Shown here piece by piece: positions 58,155 to 64,000 of a DNA stretch of 64,000 bases; the stretch's first letter is position 1; each line of letters starts with the position of its first letter. A model generated the notes under the pieces. The model was not told where the DNA came from, did not search any database, and saw nothing but the letters and a program-made list of their open reading frames with translations. Source of the DNA: an uncultured delta proteobacterium (lineage in GTDB: Bacteria; Desulfobacterota; Binatia; DP-6); NCBI GenBank assembly GCA_963815115.1, contig CAWFFN010000009.1, positions 1,792,001 to 1,856,000 on the forward strand, in the 5' to 3' direction. A program made the translations under genes and the position numbers.

Positions 58155-61100
58155 GCCAGCTCCGGATCCGTTTCGGTGCGGATCGGCGCCCGGCGCAGCC
58201 GGCTGTAGACGACGGGAACGAAGAAGAGGGTGGCGAAGGTGGCCAGCAGCAACCCGCCGATCACCACGCGGCCGAGCGGGGCGTTCTGCTCGCCGCCCTC
58301 GCCGAGGCCGAGCGACATCGGCAGCATGCCGAGGATCATCGCGAGCGCCGTCATCAGCACCGGACGCAGGCGCACCACGCCCGCTTCGAGCGCGGCCGGG
58401 ACGGATTCCTTCCCCTCTTCGCGCTGATCGTTCGCGAAGGTGACCAGCAGGTTGGAGTTGCTGGTCGCGACACCGATGCACATGATCGCCCCCATCAGCG
58501 CCGGCACGGAGATGTTGGTCTGCGTCAGCCAGAGGATCCACAGCACTCCCGCGATCGCGCCCGGCAGGGCCATCAGGATGATGAGGGGGTCGATCCACGA
58601 CTGAAAGTTGACCGCCATGAGCAGGTAGACCAGCACGATGGCGAGCAGCATGCCATACGCCATCGTCGTGAAGCTGCTCCGCATGGCCTCGGCCTGGCCC
58701 CGGATGGAGATGAAGGAGCCGCGAGGCAGGGTGGGGCGGACCTCGTCGACGACGCGCTCGACGTGGTCTGCGACGGACCACAGGTCGCTGTCCTGCACCG
58801 CGGCGAGCACGTCGAGCACCGGCTGCACGTTGTAGTGGCTGATGACGCTCGGCTGGACCTTGCGCTGCGTGGAGGCGATGTTGGCGAGCAGCTGCGGCTG
58901 CGTCTGGCCCGGAACGATCACCGGCGTGCCGTTGAGCGCATCCATCGAGTCGACGCGATACTGGGGCGTCTGCACGCCGATGGGATAGTTCACCCCGTTC
59001 TTCAAGTTGAGCCAGTAGTTGGGCGCGATCTGTGAGATGCCCGAGAGCGATACCAGCAGGCTCGTGGCGACGTCCTGCTCCGTGAACCCGAGCTGCTTCG
59101 CCCGGCGGCGGTCGACGTCGACGTCGATGGTCGGTGCGTCCAGGACCTGCTGCAGGCGGACGTCCGCGGCGCCGGGAATGGCGGCGATGCGACGCACGAG
59201 ATCCCGGGCGATGTCCTGGTTCTTCGGGTCGCGACCGACGATCTGGACGTCGATCGGCGCCGGGAGCCCGAAGTTCAGGATCTGGGTCACCATGTCGGCC
59301 GGCTGGAAGAAGAACACCAGGTCGGGAAAGCGCTCGCGCAGGAGGGGGCGGAGCTGGGCGACATAGCCCGGCGTCGAGCCGTGGTGTTCCGGGTTGAGCG
59401 CGACGAGGATCTCACCGTCGGCCGCCGACACGATCGAGGCGTCGCTGAACGCCAGGTTGATCCCGCCTCCGGGGATTCCGATGTTGTCGATGACGATCTG
59501 GATCTCGTCGGCCGGGATCGTCTCGCGGATCACCTGCTCGACGGCCGCGTAGCGCGCCTCCGTCTCCTCGATCCGGGTGCCGGCGGGACAGCGCACGTGG
59601 AGGCGGAACTGACCGGCGTCGACGGTGGGGAAGAAGTCCATGCCGAGCAGCGGGAAGATGCCGAGCGACACCGCGATCAGCCCGATGAAGCCGGCGACGA
59701 CCACCCACCGATGAGCGAGCGACCACTCGAGCGCGCGGCGATAGACGCCCTGCAGGCGTTCGAAGTGGCGGTTGAAGCGATGATGGACCGACCAGATCCG
59801 GCCGCCGTCGGTCACGGGGTGGTCCGGGTGGTGGAGATGGGCCTCGGCGGGCAGCAGATACTGCACCATCGTCGGCACCACGGTGCGCGAGAGGAAGTAG
59901 CTGGCCAGCATGGCGAGGACGACGGCGAGCGCGAGCGGCGTGAAGAGGTACTTGGCGACGCCGGTGATGAACACGACGGGCACGAACACGATGCAGATAC
60001 ACAGGGTGGAGACGAAGGCCGGGGTGGCGATCTGCTGGGCGCCGTCGAGGATGGCCCGCGTGACGGGTTTGCCCATCCCGAGGTTGCGGTTGGTGTTCTC
60101 GATCTCGACCGTCGCGTCGTCGACCAGGATGCCGACCGCGAGCGCCAGGCCGCCCAGCGTCATGGTGTTGAGCGTCTGCCCCATGGCCGAGAACACGATG
60201 ACCGACACCAGGATCGCCAGCGGGATGGAGACGAGGATGACCAGCGTCGAGCGCCAGGAGCCGAGGAAGAGCAGGATCATCAGGCCCGTGAGCCCCGCGG
60301 CGATGACCGCCTCGCGGAGCACGCCGTTCAGGGCCGCGCGCACGAACACCGACTGATCGAACAGCGGCTTGATCTGCAGGTCGGTCGGCAGCGTTGCCTG
60401 GATGCGCGGCAGCGCGTCGCGCACCCGCTGGACGATGTCGAGCGTCGACGCGTTCGGCGTCTTCTGGACCGAGAGCAACGCCGAGCGCCGGCCGTCCACG
60501 TGCACCATGGAGGTCTGGGGCGGGAAGCCGTCGTGCACCTGCGCGACGTCGCTCAGGTACACGGTCGCCGCGCCGTCCTGCCGGACCGGGACGTCGTTGA
60601 GGGTCGAGAAGACGTCGGGAGAAGAGTTGGTGCGGATGACGTATTCCGTCGGGCCCATCTTCGCCGTGCCGGCCGGGAGGATGACGTTCTGCGCGTTGAC
60701 CGCGCTCGACACCTCCTGTGCCGACACCCCCTTGGCGTAGAGCTGGTCGGGGTCGAGATCGACCATGATCTGCCGCGTCTTGCCGCCCCAGGGCAGCGGC
60801 ACCTGCGCGCCCTGGACGGTGGCGAGCTGCGTGCGGATGAAGTTCAGGCCGTAGTCGTAGAGCTGCTGTTCGTTCAACGTGGGAGACTGGAGCGCAAGCT
60901 GCAGGATGGGCACGTTGGTGGCCGAGTACTGCAGGATGAACGGCGGCGTGGTCCCGAGCGGCAGCACCTTCAGCACGGTCTGATTGACGGCGGTCGTCTC
61001 GGCCACCGCCGCATCGATCGACGCGTCCGGCTGGAAGAAGACGCGGATGACTCCGGCGCCGATGCCGGCGCCGTTCAGCGATTGCGACTCGATGTGCTCG

Positions 61101-61333
61101 ATGTCGTTCACGGTCGTCGTCATCGCCCGCTCGGAGATGGTGACGACGCGTCCTTCCATCTCCTGAGCCGACAGGCCGTTGTAGATCCAGAGCACGGAGA
61201 CGACCGGGATGTTGATGCCGGGGAAGATGTCGGTCGGCGTGCGCAGGATCGTGAGCCCGCCCAGGATGGCGATGAGCAGCGCCAGCACCGCGAAGGTGTA
61301 GGGTCGGCGCAGAGCGAGGCGGACGATCCACAT
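58151..61333 (-). CDS. RND efflux permease subunit
   Basis: 1060 aa; GILVDDATVEIEN, RLRPVLMT. Confidence 0.96.
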   Translation of the reverse strand: MWIVRLALRRPYTFAVLALLIAILGGLTILRTPTDIFPGINIPVVSVLWIYNGLSAQEMEGRVVTISERAMTTTVNDIEHIESQSLNGAGIGAGVIRVFFQPDASIDAAVAETTAVNQTVLKVLPLGTTPPFILQYSATNVPILQLALQSPTLNEQQLYDYGLNFIRTQLATVQGAQVPLPWGGKTRQIMVDLDPDQLYAKGVSAQEVSSAVNAQNVILPAGTAKMGPTEYVIRTNSSPDVFSTLNDVPVRQDGAATVYLSDVAQVHDGFPPQTSMVHVDGRRSALLSVQKTPNASTLDIVQRVRDALPRIQATLPTDLQIKPLFDQSVFVRAALNGVLREAVIAAGLTGLMILLFLGSWRSTLVILVSIPLAILVSVIVFSAMGQTLNTMTLGGLALAVGILVDDATVEIENTNRNLGMGKPVTRAILDGAQQIATPAFVSTLCICIVFVPVVFITGVAKYLFTPLALAVVLAMLASYFLSRTVVPTMVQYLLPAEAHLHHPDHPVTDGGRIWSVHHRFNRHFERLQGVYRRALEWSLAHRWVVVAGFIGLIAVSLGIFPLLGMDFFPTVDAGQFRLHVRCPAGTRIEETEARYAAVEQVIRETIPADEIQIVIDNIGIPGGGINLAFSDASIVSAADGEILVALNPEHHGSTPGYVAQLRPLLRERFPDLVFFFQPADMVTQILNFGLPAPIDVQIVGRDPKNQDIARDLVRRIAAIPGAADVRLQQVLDAPTIDVDVDRRRAKQLGFTEQDVATSLLVSLSGISQIAPNYWLNLKNGVNYPIGVQTPQYRVDSMDALNGTPVIVPGQTQPQLLANIASTQRKVQPSVISHYNVQPVLDVLAAVQDSDLWSVADHVERVVDEVRPTLPRGSFISIRGQAEAMRSSFTTMAYGMLLAIVLVYLLMAVNFQSWIDPLIILMALPGAIAGVLWILWLTQTNISVPALMGAIMCIGVATSNSNLLVTFANDQREEGKESVPAALEAGVVRLRPVLMTALAMILGMLPMSLGLGEGGEQNAPLGRVVIGGLLLATFATLFFVPVVYSRLRRAPIRTETDPELA

Positions 61334-61345
61334 GGCCGATTGCGA

Positions 61346-62395
61346 TCAGGCTCCCGGGCTCCCGGCCTGTGCCGTCGCCTGCCGCGGCCAGGCCGACCGG
61401 CGAGCCGGCCGCGCCGGCGGTGCCATGAACTCCGGCCCGACGGGGTCCGTGACGCGCTGGCGCACGATGGCGTCCACGTCGCGCATGGCGTCGCCGTCGA
61501 GCGACCAGCCCATCGCCTCGTCGAGTGGATCGAGCTGGTCGGGGCTGCGCGCGCCCCACAGCGCGATCTGCACGCCGGGCTGATCGAGGACCCAGCGCAG
61601 CGCGAGGGCGAGCACGCTCTTCCCGTAGCGCTCGCGCGCAAACCCATCGAGCGCCGCGACCGCGCGCAGGTACTGGGCATAGCGTGGTGCCTGGAACTTG
61701 GGATCGGTCCGGCGCAGGTCGTCTCCCTCGAACCGGCTGTCCGTCCGCATGCGGCCGGAGAGCAGGCCGCGGCAGAGCGCGCCGTAGGTGAGGGTGGTGA
61801 TGCCGTGCCGCCCGCAGTACGGCAGGATGCGCGCCTCGGCCTCGCGCTCGAACAGGTTGTAGGGCGGCTGCGCCGTGTGGAGCGGCGCGACCTGCCGGAA
61901 GAGCTCCATGCGCTCGGGCGAGTAGTTGCTCACGCCGATCGCGCCGATGAGGCCCTGGCGGTAGAGGTCGTACAGGGTCTCGGCCGTCTCCTCGATCGGG
62001 ACGGAGGGGTCGGGCCAGTGGACCTGGTAGACGTCCACGTATTCGGTCTGCAGCCGCCGCAGGGAATCGGTCAGCTCCTTGCGGATGCGTGACCGGCTCG
62101 AGTTCCGGACGGGTGCGCCGCCGCGCTTCCACTCGAGCCCGACCTTGGTGGCGAGCACGACGCGGTCGCGTTGCCCCCAGCACTTGAGAGCCTTGCCGAC
62201 GATCTCCTCCGACCGGCCCTGGCCGTAGACCGGCGCGGTGTCGATCACGGTGATGCCGCGGTCGAGCGCCGTGCAGATGGTCTGGATCGAGCGCTCCTCG
62301 TCGGTGCCGCCCCACATCCAGCCGCCGATCGCCCACGTTCCGAGGCCGATGCGCGAGGCCTTCGGGGTGATGCCTTCGATCTCGACGTGTTCCAT
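61346..62395 (-). CDS. Aldo/keto reductase
   Basis: GLGTWAIGG, IDTAPVYG, YQVHWPD, GVSNY, QPPYNLFER. Confidence 0.95.
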   Translation of the reverse strand: MEHVEIEGITPKASRIGLGTWAIGGWMWGGTDEERSIQTICTALDRGITVIDTAPVYGQGRSEEIVGKALKCWGQRDRVVLATKVGLEWKRGGAPVRNSSRSRIRKELTDSLRRLQTEYVDVYQVHWPDPSVPIEETAETLYDLYRQGLIGAIGVSNYSPERMELFRQVAPLHTAQPPYNLFEREAEARILPYCGRHGITTLTYGALCRGLLSGRMRTDSRFEGDDLRRTDPKFQAPRYAQYLRAVAALDGFARERYGKSVLALALRWVLDQPGVQIALWGARSPDQLDPLDEAMGWSLDGDAMRDVDAIVRQRVTDPVGPEFMAPPARPARRSAWPRQATAQAGSPGA

Positions 62396-62417
62396 CGGAA
62401 TGGTTGCCCCCTTTCGA

Positions 62418-62572
62418 CTAGCTCGCCCTGGGCGCGGCGGGGTCGATCAGATGCTCGGCCGCGAACCACACCTGCATCTCGTTGGTCCGGATGACCTCGC
62501 TCACCAGCAGCTCGTTGCTGCCGCTCGCACCGGTTCGGGCGCGCGCGAGTCTGGCTGGACCCTGAGATTCAT
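62418..62572 (-). pseudogene. Dps (ferritin-like) remnant
   Basis: GGAGG+ATG at 62572 joined out of frame to GSNELLVSEVIRTNEMQVWFAAEHL, which resembles a Dps C-terminus. Confidence 0.7.
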
Positions 62573-62632
62573 ATCGACTCCTCCGTCGCTGGTGCCGTCC
62601 GGTCGGTGCCGGGCGGCCCGTCAAGCGAGAGG

Positions 62633-62647
62633 GCAAGTCCTGTGCCA
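62633..62647 (-). promoter_or_regulatory. Sigma54 -24/-12 promoter
   Basis: TGGCAC-AGGAC-TTGC is a perfect consensus match. Confidence 0.8.
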
Positions 62648-62708
62648 GGCGAACTGCGCCGATATCCTGCCGGGCGACCGCACTCCCGCGGGCTGCCGAC
62701 GAGGATAC

Positions 62709-62740
62709 GCCGCCATGTCGGCACGTGCCGAGATGTCGGC
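62709..62740. promoter_or_regulatory. Tandem palindromic upstream activator sites
   Basis: GCCGCCATGTCGGC-ACGT-GCCGAGATGTCGGC. Confidence 0.65.
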
Positions 62741-62772
62741 GGTCGTCCGGCTGCTGGTGCCGGTCCAGGAGG

Positions 62773-63237
62773 TCAAAGGCCCAGGTCGCCGAGTCCCGGG
62801 TGATCGTCCGGCCGCCGGCCGAGCGGCCAGCGATACTTGCGATCGGTCTCGGCGATGGGAAGGTCGTTGATGCAGGCGAAGCGGACGCGCATGAGGCCCT
62901 GGTCGTCGAACTCCCAGTTCTCGTTGCCGTACGATCGGAAATGCTGGCCGCTGTCGTCGTGCCACTCGTACGCGAAGCGCACGGCGATCCGGTTGCCGGT
63001 GAAGGCCCAGAGCTCCTTGATGAGCCGGTAGTCCAGCTCCCTCACCCACTTGCGGGTCAGGAACGCGACGATCGCCGGCCGCCCGTGCAGGAACTCGGCG
63101 CGGTTCCGCCAGCGGCTGTCCTCGGTGTAGGCGAGGGACACGGTCCGCGGATCGCGGCTGTTCCAGCCGTCCTCGGCCAGGCGGACCTTCTGCGCCGCGG
63201 ATTCTGCCGTGAAGGGGGGGACGGGTAGTCGGGCCAT
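62773..63237 (-). CDS. DUF1348 NTF2-like protein
   Basis: [40 protein letters not shown]. Confidence 0.93.
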   Translation of the reverse strand: MARLPVPPFTAESAAQKVRLAEDGWNSRDPRTVSLAYTEDSRWRNRAEFLHGRPAIVAFLTRKWVRELDYRLIKELWAFTGNRIAVRFAYEWHDDSGQHFRSYGNENWEFDDQGLMRVRFACINDLPIAETDRKYRWPLGRRPDDHPGLGDLGL

Positions 63238-63285
63238 CCGCTTCGCCTCTCGCAACCTTCGTGCCCTACCGGGCAAGCCGCGGAC

Positions 63286-63639
63286 TCACACCCGCGGCGA
63301 GATCTTCGCGGCAAACGTCTGGGTCACGATCCGTCCGTCCTTGACGATGAACGTGTCGGTGGCGAACTCGATGTGGCTGGCCGGCGTGTCACCTCGCCAC
63401 ACGATGTAGGCGGTGTCGCCGTCGACCTCCTGCTTCAGCATGTGGAAGTCCAGTCCCGGCTTCACGAATTCCTCGAAGACCGTGGCGAAGAATGCGCGGA
63501 TCGCCACGCCTCCGCGCACCAGACCGTCCGGCGTGAAGATCCTCGAGTCGGCGGCGTAGTCCTCCATGATGCCGTCCACGTCACCCTTCCCGAAGCAGCG
63601 AAGGTGATGGGTCAGTACGCCCTCCGTCGTGTTGCCCAT
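63286..63639 (-). CDS. SnoaL/NTF2-like protein
   Basis: GDVDGIMEDY, DTFIVKDGRIVTQT; AGGAGG RBS. Confidence 0.9.
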   Translation of the reverse strand: MGNTTEGVLTHHLRCFGKGDVDGIMEDYAADSRIFTPDGLVRGGVAIRAFFATVFEEFVKPGLDFHMLKQEVDGDTAYIVWRGDTPASHIEFATDTFIVKDGRIVTQTFAAKISPRV

Positions 63640-63784
63640 GGCAGGCCTCCTACCGGAAAGAACAATTTGCCAGGCGACCGCTGGTTCGATCGGTGCCCGA
63701 GGAGTTCACCCGGGCAACGACATGCCGCACTGGCTGGCGCCGGTGTCGTCATCCTACGCCCCGGGAATTCGAACGGAAGTAGCA

Positions 63785-63816
63785 GCCGAGATCCCGGCAA
63801 CCGCCGAGATCTCGGC
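63785..63816. promoter_or_regulatory. Tandem palindromic upstream activator sites
   Basis: GCCGAGATCCCGGC-AACC-GCCGAGATCTCGGC. Confidence 0.65.
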
Positions 63817-63918
63817 ACGATCGACCGTCTGCAGGGTCGAGAGCGGCAGTGCCGTCGGGCCGGTGAAACCGCCATCGTCCGTGCCGGTGCACTCCTTCGG
63901 CCGGCGCCTGCGGCGGGG

Positions 63919-63933
63919 CGGCATGGCAATTGC
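63919..63933 (+). promoter_or_regulatory. Sigma54 -24/-12 promoter for a gene beyond the window
   Basis: CGGCAT-GGCAA-TTGC, about 100 bp downstream of the tandem palindromes. Confidence 0.6.
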
Positions 63934-64000
63934 GGAGTGGCAGCGTGGTGGAGACCCACCGAGATTCGAGAATGTGCCCCCGGGAGGCCGGGAGCAGCCC

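Overview
Very GC-rich bacterial DNA, probably from an environmental deltaproteobacterium-like genome (a Candidatus Binatia-like origin is my impression only). I found no rRNA, tRNA or CRISPR array. There are about 55 intact genes, including glyA under a ZMP/ZTP riboswitch, a DUF58/Bat-type VWA operon with fusions and no MoxR, ftsH, cysH, lon, queD, a YdbH/YdbL-like bridge pair and an RND efflux operon. The best candidate for an undescribed system is a four-gene envelope operon at 6805-11625. It encodes a procoat-like small membrane protein (AxA|YLDP motif), a CDP-glycerol glycerophosphotransferase-like protein, a YejM/PbgA-like sulfatase-fold enzyme with an apparently intact metal site, and a YidC paralog. 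Other notable signals are two sigma54 promoters that share a 14-4-14 palindromic enhancer, a REP/REPIN-like hairpin family, a structured leader on an RRM gene, a GGCT/kappa-GST fusion, a probable CTG start, and many gene remnants. All family calls come from motif recognition, not database searches.
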